Shown here piece after piece: positions 13,533-28,010 of a DNA stretch of 64,000 bases (positions within the stretch are counted from its first letter, which is position 1; every line of letters starts with the position of its first letter). Origin of the DNA: Octopus vulgaris (lineage: Eukaryota); assembly GCA_951406725.2 (NCBI GenBank), contig OX597816.1:109554001-109618000 (forward strand). Direction: 5' to 3'. The position numbers were made by a program, and so were the translations under genes. Below the pieces are notes generated by a model, which saw only the letters and a program-made list of their open reading frames with translations, searched no databases and had not been told where the DNA came from.

Positions 13533-14439
13533 TCTTATGGCAAGAAAATGTATTGAGGTCATGCAGTCATTACTGTTAAGTTTTCTGCTAAAGTTAAGTA
13601 AGAGGGATTGTTTCATACTTAGCTGATAAGGGAGATAATTACGTTGACGATAAAAATATCTTAGAGAAATGAATAGGAAAAATTGATTTTCCATTCTCCA
13701 CTTGATTTCTCGCCAATAACAGAAATGATGGTTAGATATATATTTGTATATATTTGATATACATTTATATAATTTTATTTTGTTTTCCAAATTGTTCTTA
13801 CATTTCTTGATATTTATCTCTCTGGATAAGCTGTTGAAAAGAAAACAAATCAATAACCATATGGCTCTTGAACTAGTATTTATGAATAATTCGGCAGAAA
13901 ATTACAAAAGGAAAGAAAAATGAAAGAAAAATTGTCAAAAGACAATAAAAAAGGAAGAAAGAAAAAAGAAACAATGTGGCGAGAAGTAATAAAATACAAA
14001 ATTATAAAACGTTTTAACATCATACACGACAGATGTGAATATACATTCTCAGAATTTGTAACACATTCTTGGAACTAGTTGACATATAAATCTAGAAATC
14101 TGAACACATACACACACACACAAACACACACATAAATATATATATGAGTGCATGTGTGTGTATGTGCGTGTGTATGTGCGTGTGTATGTGTGTGTGTCTG
14201 TGTATGTGTGTGTGCCTGTGTATGTGTGTGTGCCTGTGTGCCCGTATTTGAGTATTCAAATATTGATATTCCTACACACACATGCGCATTCCTCATACAC
14301 GTACGCACACATATATGCACACGCTGATATATGTGTATATATGTGTATATATATATATATATGTATATTCATCGATATTAATGCGTATATATATATATAC
14401 ATACATAGAGTATATATATATATATCAAAAGAAAGAGAG

Positions 14440-15248
14440 ATTAATAAAAGATTAGTGATACAGGTGAAATACTTATTAAGCTTTCTATAGATATACACCA
14501 GGTTAAAATAAATGTCTTGTGATCGGTCTTGTACTCTAGGTAATCCAAGTCAACGTCCATCATCAGTCCAACTTGTAAATCCATGGTTTCAATACCCAAT
14601 GGGAGGGTGCTGGCGATCTCTACTGTATTTTGGGATAAATCGGTTAAGTATATGTAAATATACACAAGGACACGATAAAAAATATTTATAGTACTAATCA
14701 ATATTTTAAAGATGAAATTTCAAAATATATATATATTTGCCAAGAATTCGTATAATCATTAACTAGTGACAGTAATGGTTGAAATTAGTAATCAGGGATT
14801 AGAAATAAAGTATAACAAGTAAAGTAACAATAAGACTACGTCAACAAAGAGTACAATCGTAAATTATAGAACTATTGGTAGAACCGGAGTTGTACGGCAA
14901 AGATATAATTTTAAAGGAATATGGTAAAGGAAATTACACCATTACAAAATAAACCCAAATAACACAAAACAACAACAATAACATGAAATGGAAACATAAG
15001 GAGAGGGATATCAGAAAATAAGGTATTTTCTTGCCATGATAAAGAAAAGAAATAAGAAGCCTATAATTCGAATATTAAGACATTTGACTATTACCATTTA
15101 ATTTAAACATGCTATTGTCTCTAAACTTGTGGACTAGGAACGTGTGTAGATGTCTTCATATTCATGTATTCGAATTATTAATTATTGATGGAGTGAGATA
15201 TAGGACTTGCTAAAATTGCGTGAATATGAGTGTGAGCGTGTATAGAAA

Positions 15249-15299
<51 letters not shown>

Positions 15300-15800
15300 G
15301 CGTATGTGTGCGTGTAAACACACACACATATACGAGTCCCAAACATTTATAGAACTGATTATGTTTATACGTGGTTAACGTTTTTTTGCCTGGTTACCAT
15401 GGTTTATTAAGAGAAAAAAAATGAGCAGGACATTTGTAAACTTGATACGGATATAAAAATTGCTATGTTGTTGATCTAATCCCGACCTTAGGTTTCAGTT
15501 CGAAATAATGGTCCTGGAACTTTAAGTAAGTCAAATTATATTTTGAGCTGGATTACGAGTGTGTTTTTCCGATGTTTTGCACCACAGTAAACTATTAAAT
15601 GAGTCTAAATTAAATTAAATGAGATATATGAAGAATATATTTATGAGTCTAATTCGAAATGTCCTCTGTATAATGGAGTTTTTGAATTTTATGTAGTTTA
15701 TGTCATATATGCATTGCTTATAATTTATAAAAAGAAATAGTTCTATTTAATGGGAATATCGATTGCTTCTTAAAATTCAAACTAGATAATACCTCGAAAC
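14440..15800 (-). mobile_element. Highly decayed Penelope-like RT remnant
   Basis: Scattered minus-strand peptides resemble PLE RT motifs: NYIKFKN, IMARKYLIF (~HARKSLLF), IGY*NHGF (~GLYRDDGL), DIYFNL..YRKLN. Many stops and frameshifts. Confidence 0.35.
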
Positions 15801-16244
15801 TTACTCTGTTGACCCAGGTACCTCTTCTTGAGGTGGAGGATATTAACTTATACAACGCTTTCATCGAAGAACTTGAAAATTATCTTTTGTTGGTGCGAAC
15901 GTCTTAAGAGTAGTTCTTATCTATTGTGAAGCACCTGGTGCTTAGATGTAAAGATAGAGAATAGAAAATGCGTATAATTCAAAAACTCGATTACACACAC
16001 AAAATTTCAGATAGCCCTCATTAATAAATTCTCCATTTGCAATATGTTTCATTTAATCAAGGAAAATTTAATTTGATTTGATTTAATCTCATTTAGTTGA
16101 TAGCTACAAAAACCGGGAAAATGTCCTTATAAATCTATGACTCGGTAAGGAAGTTTATTGATTTATATACAAATATATATGAGTTTATAGATGTGTATAT
16201 GCATGTGTATGTGTATATATGTATGTATATGTACATATGTATAT

Positions 16245-17530
16245 ACACAAAAATACAACAATGAGGCATTGGCATCGAGTGGGCTTAAGAACAACATCAC
16301 CTACATACCTGGCCCTAGTATCCGGAAAAGGAAGCGCCGCAGAAATGCCCTTTGGTTTGCTCTACCTTTCTCACACAACGTCAAGACTTGTGTGGGATAG
16401 GTTTTCCTTGGACAGAGCGAGAAACATTTCACACATACACATAGATAAGGCATTTATTTAACAGACACAACCTAAGAGTCTCCATTAGTTGTGCACCTAA
16501 CATAAAAAAAAACATTTTAGCAAATATCCACAATACAAAGGAGGAGGCAGGCTGAAAGGATCATCTACGAGGCTATGGTGATACGTAGACCTGATATCCA
16601 CAATAACAGTAATGTACCATCAAACAGCAATATTACTAGGAGATTAACCAGTTCTCACGCCAATACAGTTGCCACGCCCAGAAATAACAACCAGTCCGGT
16701 ACCAGTATCACAGAGAACGTCACCGAAGACCCTGGTACCACCACTACAGATAATGAACAAACCATGGATACAGAGAGAGTTACCAAGCCCGCAATGTATG
16801 CTACCACTAGTACAACGCCGCACCTAATGATCTATCCAGGACTAGCGACTTGGAGGAGGCATCCACTGTTCCCAGTTCAGCCACCTTAGAAGATAACCAA
16901 ATATTTATCATCGACACTGATGGGACAACCAGCCCCGCGCCATATGTTACTAGGGGTGCGAATAGGGCCGCAACCCATGTGTGTAAATATATTGGTTCTG
17001 CGAGTACTTCGTGCAAGCGAGGTTTTTTTAACCACCAGTCCCTTGCCCGCCATGTATGTCACCTCATAGATCACGGGATTCCGTGTGACATTAGGTGGAA
17101 ATTAATTGATCATCCGGGCTCGTATACTAACGGAAATGGCTGTTGTAAGGTCTGCATTGTGGAGAGTGCCAACATTCTTAAAAATTATAAGAAACCTGGC
17201 ACGTTAAACTGCCATAAAGAAGTGTTTTCTAAATGTATCCACATCAAGCGCTACTTACTAGAAAGTTGGATCTCCCCGTTTGCTAGTTAAGCCTCTTCGG
17301 GTCTATATGGGTATTTTTTATTCTCTGATTCAGGGGATATAATGTCTTCATTAACGTTTTTTTGTTAAGACGTAATCCTCAAGTTCTGAGCGTTTCCTCA
17401 CGTCTGCGACGTAGATATTTTAAATTTTGTGTTTATATAGAATCTGACGAGCGGTCCACAAGGTTTGGCTTTGTGGATGTGAAATCTTGGGAACCTCTAT
17501 ATCCAAATTTTTGTTGCAAACTCCACTGCT
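16245..17530 (+). mobile_element. Penelope-like element, 3' part (thumb/linker + GIY-YIG endonuclease + terminal region)
   Basis: RKRRRNALWFALPFSHNVKTCVG..F..KHF (~RNIIWFNPPFS.NVKT); ORF 16850..17290 has KYIGSAST...NH...WKLI...CKVCIVES..I...LN..EVFSKCIH, typical of a PLE GIY-YIG domain; hammerhead motif follows. Confidence 0.88.
17435..17502 (+). ncRNA. Type I hammerhead ribozyme motif (mutated) at the PLE 3' end
   Basis: atataga-at-CTGACGA(17444-17450)-gc ggtccacaagg tttgg ctttgtggat gt-GAAA(17481-17484)-tcttgggaac-c-tctatat. Stems I and II pair; the cleavage-site UH is altered. Confidence 0.6.
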
Positions 17531-17559
17531 CTATTCTTTAGAGTATGCTTCCTTCTGAC

Positions 17560-17634
<75 letters not shown>

Positions 17635-17637
<3 letters not shown>

Positions 17638-18200
17638 GCGATCTCATTAATAAGTATCGGGACTGTTGCCATAGTAAAGAAGCTAAAGCACACAGAGTAA
17701 AGCCGCTTGGCACAGATTGGCCTTGACTGCTGCAGTGCACGTACACTACATTTTAACATTCTAGCTCCCTAATGCTGTTGAGAATTAACGTGTGTAACAT
17801 GTAATTGTCTCATTGATCATGGCAGAGAAAGTTATCATGGCGATACCTGGTCAACGGTCTATGCAACATTGCAGAAAGTGTATGGAGAGGAGTATATGAA
17901 TCGCAAACTAGTGTACGAGTGGTTCAGACGTTTCCAAGATGGCCGAAACGTCGATATTGAAGAACGTTCTAAAATATCCGTAACCAGTAGAACTGCAAAA
18001 AACATCACTAGTGCATCTGCGAAGATAAATCGTCGAATCATCATCCGTGAGTTTTCAGGGGATGTACAGATTACTTACGGTTCAGTTCAGTCTATTATTA
18101 TTGAAGATTTGAGACGCGTGTCTGCCAATTTTGCGCCAAAACTGCATTCAGCTGATCAAAACGATACACGGGTTTCAGTTGTACAAAGTCTCCGTCATTA
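17635..18200 (+). mobile_element. Mariner transposon 5' part (TIR remnant + HTH of transposase)
   Basis: ORF 17869: QKVYGEEYMNRKLVYEWFRRFQDGR..DIEERS...RRIIIRE...GSVQSII.EDL.RVSANFAPKL (mariner HTH and WVPxxL-like motif); begins next to (TA)n. Confidence 0.88.
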
Positions 18201-19425
18201 TATTATGAACGTATATCTTCCCTTTTACTCTTTTACTTGTTTCAGTCTATGGCTTTGATGCAATAACAGTGAATAATGTTGCTGTATAGATTCACAATGC
18301 CAAATGTGACGATATATGTATTCTTGCTGAATGTGACTTAAATGGGCAAAACAGATCCTTTAATTATCCTTTAATTAATTCAATTTATTATCTTTAATTA
18401 TTTGATACCAATACTGTTTTAGCTATTGTTATTTAACTCCTGATCAGCTCTAATTAATGAAAAGCAGAGTTTTATCGTTTAGCTCCAGGTGATTATTGAC
18501 CGAGAAAATCAATGATCAGAATATGGCTGTTAATATTTAGCACCATCAAAGGTTAGACGCTGTGGTTTAGCATTAATTCAGCCCTGATATAACGGAGATA
18601 TCATCAAAGGCAGATTGGTAGTTTTGTTTAATCACAGATCAGCAACGATGAAATAGATATTTGCTCAGACGATGGCTATTGTTAACTCCAAGCCAGTGCT
18701 GACAAAGCAGATTTATGATGAAAAGGTTTTGGGTCTGAGATGTCCCAGACGTTATAAACGTACCTCAGTCCAATAGCATCCTGTGTTTACTTTCCTTGTG
18801 AAGGCAAACTATACTTGAGGGAGTTTCGTTTGTTACTTCTAGCGTGTGAATGGACCGCGTCAATGTTTCCTGGCTGGTTTAACTAACCACGTATTATCTC
18901 CGTAAGGGTTATTCAGCTTCAAAAATATTGTACAGCAAGGCCAAAAGTATATCCTTATATGGAATTCAATAATCTCAGTGCACCATGGATTAGAAAACTT
19001 AATTAATTTTATATAGTATTTTATATATATATATTTTAAATCTGTGTATCAATGCATGTGTGTGTGTGTTATTATTGTTATTATTTATTTATATTTACTG
19101 TTGCCCATTCACATTTATGTACTCTCATTCTATGGGAGAAATGTTCAGCATAGAATTCCTTGCAATTGATTGTACTCAGTCAACTTTACAAAGCAAACCC
19201 TTAAAGTATTCTTTGACATTCTAAATTTAGTTATTTCTTTACCCAACAGTTCCCTCAGCAGGGGAATGGTAGGTATGGTGGGGTTTATAAAACCAAAATA
19301 TAATCACTTTAGGAGCGATGGGGGATTTGGTGGAAAATAAGGATAATTTTAGTTGGAAGGAAAATATTGAAAATTATTTTCATTTGATATTTTCCAAGTA
19401 TTCTTTCTTTATTCCTTCCTTCTTT

Positions 19426-19497
<72 letters not shown>

Positions 19498-20456
19498 TCC
19501 CTCTTTCGTCTTTCTCTTTCTCTGTTCCTACTGATGGCGTTGCTCCTTTCCCTCTGCCTCATCCTCTTCCTCCTCTTCCTTCTCCTGATACTACAACTAT
19601 TCTTGTTGATATGATAATTAATTCGTATCCCTGCGGTTGTTATCGTTGTTGCAGTTGTTATTGTTACATCGGGAGATTATAAATATAACACGGCAGAAAG
19701 AACTGAAAACAAATAAATGCAGCAAGGAGGCGAAGAGAAACACATACCTGCACACACATACGGATAAACACCCACACACAAACATATCTAAAACAGGAAA
19801 ATATACAAAGAAGAAACAAAAATGAAATAAACGCTCAGTAAAATAAACTGACGAAGAAAAACAAAACACCCTCAAACAAAAAAATACCCACTGCAGAGAG
19901 GTTGTTTTGGAATTTAGATATGGACCTTAAGCAAGAATATTCACTTTCATGCCACTACCATCGACAACACCACCACTCACTCAATCTGTAATAACTGCAT
20001 TTCAATAAATATATAAAAAGCTAGAATAAAATAATGAAATGATATTTATATGGTGAGTGCGAGCAACTTTTTGAACTCAATATAACCTTTTTCTCACGCA
20101 CACAAAAACACACTCGCACACATACATGTACACGCGCAGGAATATTGAGCAGAATTAAAACACCCACACGCTAATAAACATACTTAAAGTCTAATATAAT
20201 TTCTTAGGCTTAACGTTTTTAGATATTCACGCATCTATACAAAGGCACGCATACATATAAGCACACACATGCACACCGCACACAAGCATATCTATGCATA
20301 TGTATATGACTGTATGTGTATATGTATGTATATGTATGTTTGTGTACACACACACACATATATACACACAAATACACACACACACACACACATATATATA
20401 TACACATACACAAACACATATATACACATATATACATATATACATATCAAACTGTA

Positions 20457-20510
<54 letters not shown>

Positions 20511-20511
20511 A

Positions 20512-20567
<56 letters not shown>

Positions 20568-22099
20568 TCACACACACACACAGAGAAACATGTTTGTGTA
20601 TGTGTTCTTACACGTAGGCATATGCACACATACAAGAATTTTCCCCATATCCGCTTTTCTTCTTTCATCTTAACTAGCACTTACACATCCCACTATGAAA
20701 TCTTGCTTTGTTCTCAGTTTAATCCTTTAAAATTACACTACTATTCGCACATCGACACGAATATAGACACATGTGTATACATGCACACACATGTAATGCT
20801 TCTGTTCTGTTCTCAATTTAGCTCATTAAAAGACACACGACTACACACTCAATTATAAATACGCACAAATTTATATTTCAGATATTGTTTGGCTGTTAAC
20901 CTTTTAGATGCAAGCACCGCAAGTGCACACAAATTACCCGCATGCTTATACACAAACACATAACACATACATATACATACACCTATATTCAAACCTCAGA
21001 ATATATTCAGATGGACGTTCACACTCCACTTTCATACAGGCATTACAAACTGAACAAACATATATATATATATATATATACACTCTATCGCACACATAGA
21101 CCTGCACCACTCAGTACGCTTACATAAATACAGCCCAAAACACTGCACAAGTACACATATAAGCATCAATGATGTGCACACTTACATGCAGCTAGCATGC
21201 AGATATAAACATGTCACACAGCGTAAAAATATAATATTCATGTATTTTATAATGAAAATATTGGCCCAGAATATCTAAATAATTTTATCTTTGCCTTCCT
21301 AATTTAGTTTATTTTATTGTTGTCTTTTTATATGAAAGGCAAGCTATATGATACACAACTGCGTCAGAAATAGGATACTTGCTGTAACGTAGCTGCAAAT
21401 GTATATGCAGCATTTAGAGATGAGCCACTTAAATAGAGTCTATTCAATGTTTAAAGGAGATTTAAGAGATCTGTTGGGTATGTATGAAAATTGCAGATCT
21501 TGGAATGTGTAGGGCATAATGCATTCTACTTTTAACAAATGGATCAATCTTGTTGCCTTTTTCTCTTCTTTTATGGCTTAGGCTCAGGAGGACTAAGTCT
21601 GATGAGGACTTAGTCTGATGAGGTCTTTCAAAAGGTATAGCAAGAAGGGAAAGAAGAAAAGAACTTGTCGTTGGTTGAGAACCCCATTAAAGGACATAAG
21701 CGTTTGCTTCTACAGCTTTCGCCTGTAAATATCTGCTAGATTTTTTTTCAGTTTTGATTGACTAGAAACTATAATAGAAAGTACATGCATATCTTAAATA
21801 GGATAAATGCATACCCAAAGGGGGATAAAGATATACATCTCTAAAGTGGAATCAAACATGAAGCCACGAGGTTATGAAGTAGATTTTTAAACCACACTTG
21901 GCATATCTTTGCTCACACATACTTTTGGCACCCAGGCATTCGTGTCTACGCTCAATTTGTGAGTATATTTTGGTATTTGTAACTGTATTTAAGTTTCAGG
22001 TTGACACTGATAATTTAAGACTTATGAATATATATTCAGACCCTGATCCTCCCATTATTTTAATGGGAACAGTGCCATAAAGATTAAGAAGATAATATA

Positions 22100-24847
22100 T
22101 ACTGCACAAGAAGGATGCTGCATTGTTGCAAGAATTGAAACAAACAGCAGTCTGTCTTAAACAGACAGAACTAGTCATTTCAGTTAGGGAAGTGAAGAAA
22201 ATCAGCAAAAAAAAAAAGGAGCATCTGGAGGGCCCCGGGACCAGATGGAGTTCAAGGCTGCAAGATCAAAAAATTGGTGAATGTCATGCAGGAATAGCTG
22301 CGCAACTCAACACTCTGTTAAATGCCGACCAAGTAACACCAGACCGGTTGACAATGCGTAGGACAGTGCTGTGCCTAAAAAACATCGAAAAATCCAATAG
22401 GTAGACAATTATAGGCCGATATCCTGTTTGCCACTTATACTCTTTTACTCATTTACTCTTTTACTTGTTTCAGTCATTTGACTGTGGTCAATGTGGAGCA
22501 CCGCATTTAGTCGAGCAAATCGACCCCAGGACTTAGTCTTTGTAAGCCTACAATTTATTCTATCGGTTTCTTTTGCCGAACCGCTAAATTACGGCGACGT
22601 AAACACACCAGCATCGGTTATCAAGCGATGTTGGGGGGACAAACACAGACACACAAACACACACACACATATACATATACATATATACGACGGGTTTCTT
22701 TCAGTTTCCATCTACCAAATCCACTTACAAGGTTCTGGTCGGCTCGAGGCTATAGTAGAAGACATTTGCCCAAGGTGCCACGCAGTTGGACTGAACCCGG
22801 AACCATGTGTTTGGTAAGCAATCTACTTACGATACAGCCACTCCTACGACTACTAATGTGGAAGTTATTGACTGGAATATTCGCTGTCAATGTACAAACA
22901 TCTGGAAAAATGGAGTCCTGCTACATGAGCAGAACGGTTGCAAGCGTAAGTGCAGAGGCATCAAGCATCAACCCCTGATAGACAAAACTATGCTCAGAGA
23001 CTGCGAGAGGATGCATAGTAACTTAGCAATATAATGGATCGACTATCGTAAGGTGTATAATATGATCCCACATTCATGGATTATGAATCTGTTTGATACA
23101 GTATTGAATGTTAAGCGATTGCTTGGAAAAAGGCAAATTGGAGGACAGATCTGACAGCATACGGAAGATGTTTAGGGACAGTAGAAATTAGGAGGGGCAT
23201 CTTCCAAGGGGACAACATGTCCCACTGATCTTTGTACTGTGCTTGATACCACTAACATTGATTCTGAGGACAGCAAATGCAGAGTATGTATTCAAAAGCC
23301 GCCAACAAAAAGTCAGCCATTTGTTTTTCATGGATGACCTCAAACTTTATGGTAAAGATGAAGCCCAAGTCAGCTCCTTTGTTGATATGGTGCATACCTT
23401 CAGTGCTGATATCAGAATGGATTTCGGACAGAGAAAGTGTAGTGTGTTACTCTTGAAGTGTGGCAAAATCAAAGGTATGGACGGGCTAACGATATCGTCG
23501 GGGCAGGTTACGAAGTAGATAGACGAGATGGGCTATAAGTACTTGGGGATTTTGGAAATGGATAAATTGATGGTGAAAGAATTTAAGGTGGAGTACTTAC
23601 GCATACTGAGACTGATTCTGAAGTCGAAATTAAACAGACGGAATAAGATCGAAGCTATCAACACCTGGGCGGTATAATTCTTTAGATATGGATCAAGGGT
23701 AATGGCATGGACAGTAGACGAACAAAACAGTTTAGACAGAAAGACAAGGAAGCTGCTAACTAGGTATGGGTCACTCCACCTAAAAAGTAACACAGACAGA
23801 CTGTATGTACCAGGAAAAAGAGGGGGAAGAGGATTTATTGGATGTGAACACAGCATTAGAGAAGAAGAAAACAACATAGCATGGTATGTAAAAATGCCAC
23901 AGAACCGCTATTATTAGTAGTAAGAAGGTCAGGCTTGTGTATGATGAAAGATTGCAAAGATGAAGCACTATACAAGAAATTGAAACCGAATGAAACTGGA
24001 AATAGGTGCGTGAAGAAAAGAATGCATGGTCAATTTCATAGAAATGTTGAGGATAGGACAGACAGAGAAACAAGATGGCTCTGCGTGTCTAAAAGTGATT
24101 TAAAACTAGAAACGGAGGCTCTAATATGTGCTGCCCAAGAGCAAGCACTAAGAACAAACTTCATAAATTATAGAATTGACAACACAGCAGAAAGTGATAA
24201 ATGCAGAATGTGTGGACAAAACGGTGAAACCGTATGGCATATTACCAATCAATGTACGCCACTAGCCCAGAAAGAATATAAGAGACGCCACGACAATATA
24301 GCCAGACTTGTTCACTGGACACTTTGCAACAAGTATTAACTTGACAGAGCAAAAGATTGGTACGACCATAAACCTAAAAGCATTGACGAAAATAGAAATG
24401 CAAAGATCTTATGGGATTTTATGCTTCAGTGCGACCATGAGATAGAGAATAGGAAGCCAGACATAGTCTTAATTGAGACAGAAAATAACCTATACTGGAT
24501 CATAGATATAGCATCCCCAGCTGACAACAAGTTATGCGATAAGGAAGAAAGAAAAGTCGAGAGATATGACAGGTTAGCAAGGGAAGTTAAGCAGTTGTGG
24601 TCGATGAAAAAGGTAGCAGTAGAACCAATACTTGTCAGAGCCTTGGGAACATTGAGCAAAAATCTGGAGAAGTTCTTGGAACAAATAGGGGAGCAATAAG
24701 GGAGGAGCACTTGCAGAAAACAACACTGCTTGGACCGCTCGAATATTCCGGATGGTGCTCGAAAATTAAGAGGTTTTACCTTAGTTCACTGGTAGTGAAC
24801 AGCTGACACTACAGTACATCTCCAGCATTAGAAGCTGTGCAAAGGCA
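22100..24847 (+). mobile_element. R4/Dong-like RLE LINE, 5'-truncated and degenerate (first in stack)
   Basis: GPDGVQG, NYRPISCLPL/MWKLLTG, RRGIFQGD, HLFFMDDLKLY, CRMCGQNGETVWHITNQC, RRHDN, RKPDIV...IIDIA; 3' UTR then (AAT)n at 24848-24891. Confidence 0.93.
22438..22852 (-). mobile_element. Full-length tRNA-derived SINE (OK-like) nested in the LINE RT
   Basis: Minus strand head GTAGGAGTGGCTGT...GGTTCAGTCC, CCTTGGGCAA segment, internal (TG)/(TA) tract, (AAAAGAGT)n tail; it splits the LINE codons CLPL|MWK. Confidence 0.9.
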
Positions 24848-24861
24848 ATAATAATAATAAC

Positions 24862-24892
<31 letters not shown>

Positions 24893-25296
24893 GAGCAGCA
24901 AAAAGAAAACAAAAATACTCCGCAAATATAACATCACAGAAAAAGATTTACCTGAGATAAAAGAAAAGCTGAAGCAAGATATCCTTGCCAAAGCACAAAG
25001 GATCCGCCGGTACGAGAAACAAAACAAAAAGTTCAACTCCAACCCCAAAAAGTTCTACCAAGAACTTGGCAAAAATAAAATAGAAATCACTGCAGCATCA
25101 ACGGCAGAAGAAGTGGAAGAATTCTGGAGAGAAATATGGTCGGCGAACGAACAACCAAAAAAAAAGGAATATTAAAACAACAAACTCAGCATCTGAGCAA
25201 CGTTGGACCCCCATAACAACTGAAGAGGTCACCCAGGCACTGCAAAGACTAAGCAACTGGAAGGCACCTGGGCATGACAAGATCCCCAACTTCTGG

Positions 25297-26331
25297 TTGA
25301 AATATCTAACAGGAATGCACAAAAAGCTGGCTGAAAAATTTAACAACATACTAGCAGAGCCAGAGACAATGCCTGAATGGCTCACGAAGGGGAAAACCAT
25401 CTTAATTCCCAAATCAAATGAGACAGCAAAACCAGAAAACTACAGATCAATAACCTGTCTCCCTACAATGTACAAGGCATTTACTGCAGTGATATCGCAA
25501 AGGTTGAACAAGCACCTGGACGAAAACAACCTGTTTCCAGAAGAACAGAAAGGATGCCGCAAAGGCTCATATGGCTGTAAAGATCAACTAATGATTAATA
25601 AAGCCATAACTGAAGACAGCCACAGAAAGAAGAAAGGCCTCAGTATGGCCTGGATCGACTACAAAAAGGCGTTTGATAGCATCCCCCACACATGGGTCCT
25701 CGAAACACTAATCATTAACAAAGTAGCACCAACAATTATAAAATTCATAGAGCACTCTATGAATAAATGGCAAACAGTGCTACAGCTCCAAACAAAAGAG
25801 GGACTCATGAAAACCAAAGCCATCCCCATTAGAAGAGGAATATTCCAGGGAGACACGCTCTCTCCCCTCCTTTTCTGCTTGGCACTGTCACCTCTATCTG
25901 ATATGCTAAATAGAACTGGATGCGGATATAAATGTTACGGCAAAACGATCAGCCACCTTTTATATATGGATGACCTAAAGCTATACGCTGCAAATGACAA
26001 ACAGCTGGAAACACTATTAAAGACAGTTCATGGATTTACCAAAGAAATAGATATGAAATTTGGATTAGAAAAATGCGCCAAAGTAACCATGAAAAGTGGA
26101 AAACTAGTTAAGAGTAGCAACATCACACTAGATAAAACCAATGAAATAAAAGAACTAGACCAAAGCCAAACTTACAAATACTTAGGAATCCATGAACTAG
26201 ATAAGACACACAGACAAATGAAAAAGAAAATAAAAAAAGAATATTATAGACGAGTTAGATCAATACTAAAAACAGAGCTCAATGCTAAAAACAAGATAAT
26301 AGGTATTAACACTTTAGCTGTCCCAGTTTAA
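25297..26331 (+). pseudogene. Reverse transcriptase domain of the RLE LINE
   Basis: NYRSITCLPTMYK, EQKGCRKGSYGCKDQL, WIDYKKAFDSIPH, RRGIFQGDTLSPLLF, HLLYMDDLKLY, YKYLG; frameshifts flank the frame. Confidence 0.95.
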
Positions 26332-26657
26332 GTTACAGCTACAATATCCTTAACTGGACACTAAATGAACTGACCAAAATAGATAGGAAAACAAGAAAAA
26401 TAATGACAGGATCTAGGATGCATCACCCAAAATCTGACATAGAAAGACTATATATACAACGTATAGACGGTGGCAGAGGCCTTATACAGCTGGAAAACTA
26501 CTATAAAATAACCACCATAGGACTGCCAAAATATCTACTTCAGTAGGAAGGAAAACTGATACAAATAGCGGCAAAACACGAGCAAAACAAAAAACTGTTC
26601 TCAGTATTTAAGGAAGCTGACAAATACAAACAAGTATTCATACCAACTAATAAATAT

Positions 26658-26795
26658 GAAGAAGAAGAAGAAGAAGAAGAAGAAGAAGAAGAAGAAGAAG
26701 AAGAAGAAGAAGAAGAAGAAGGAGAAGTAGAAGAAGAAGAAGAAGAAGAAGAAGAAGAAGAAGAAGAAGAAGAAGAAGAAGAAGAAGAAGAAGAA
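26658..26795 (+). repeat. (GAA)n tract, 46 codons, in frame within the LINE ORF
   Basis: 138 nt between ...PTNKY and TTKAIKQMK...; two interruptions (GGA, GTA). Confidence 0.95.
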
Positions 26796-27726
26796 ACAAC
26801 AAAAGCTATAAAACAAATGAAATCCAAACTAAAAATAGAACAGCAACGTACCATGATAAAACGATGGTAAGAAAAGCCCCTTCATGGTAAATACTGGACT
26901 AAACTAAACGCAAAAGAAATAGACAAAGAAAAATCCCAGCAATGGTTGAGAAGCTCAGGACTCAAAGCAGAGACAGAGGGATTTTTAATTGCAGCACAAG
27001 ACCAGAGCCTTCCCACCAGAAATTACCAAAAACATGTAATGAAAAGAAATACAAGTAACTGCAGAATATGTGGAGATGGACAAGAAACAATAAATCATAT
27101 TATCTCTGGCTGCCCAGTCCTGGCTAAGAAGGAATACATTCACAGACATGACAGAGTTGGAACCTACATACACTGGAAGCTATGCCGACATTATGGAATA
27201 ACAACAGAAAAAAGATGGTATAGGCACACACCAGAAAAGGTCACAGAAAACGAGAAAACAACCATACTCTGGGATATGCCGATACAAACAGATAGAAAAA
27301 TTAAGGCTAACAGACCAGATATAGTTGTCAGAGATCATGAAGAAAAAAATGCTTTCTATTTGAAGTATCAATACCGGCAGATGACAACGTTTCTCTAAAA
27401 GAAATGGAGAAACTTTCAAAATACAAAGATCTGGAAATAGAGGTAACCAGAATGTGGAATCTAAAAACAGAAACAGTTCCTATCGTAGTAGGTGCATTAG
27501 GCATGATAAAAACATATTCAGATAAATACATAACAAAAACACCAGGACTTACAAACACATATAACATACAGAAAATTGCACTACTAGGCACTGCACACAT
27601 CCTACGCAGAACACTTTCCACACAATAACCATCAGAGCATCACAACAAATCACAGCACATACCCAAGGCATACAGAGCTGCGCTCGGTAGTGAAGTGAAA
27701 GAACACTATAAAAATAAAACTACTGA

Positions 27727-28009
<283 letters not shown>

Positions 28010-28010
<1 letters not shown>

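Larger units (their letters stand above)
24892..27726 (+). mobile_element. R4/Dong-like RLE LINE, 5'-truncated, relatively young (second in stack)
   Basis: Best-preserved RLE copy: WKAPGHD, 344-aa RT frame, CRICGDGQETINHIISGC, RHDRVG, NRPDIVV, IVVGALG, stop at 27626-27628; (AAT)n on both sides. Confidence 0.95.

Noticed and set aside
18680-18880. Old dispersed repeat also hinted at about 4780-4960, 11100-11255 and 29910-30110
   Set aside because: Similarity too degraded to set boundaries or class by eye; probably an ancient SINE-like family, needs RepeatMasker or nhmmer.
20219-20858. Many overlapping 60-180 aa ORFs ([12 protein letters not shown]); similar sets at 13.3-14.5, 27.6-29.3 and 60.9-63.9 kb
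   Set aside because: Translations of stop-free di- and trinucleotide microsatellites; not genes.
21590-21625. Two CTGATGA motifs (hammerhead box or snoRNA C-box like) with a short hairpin
   Set aside because: No stem II-GAAA-UH arrangement and no C/D box layout; explained by a ~16-nt tandem duplication.
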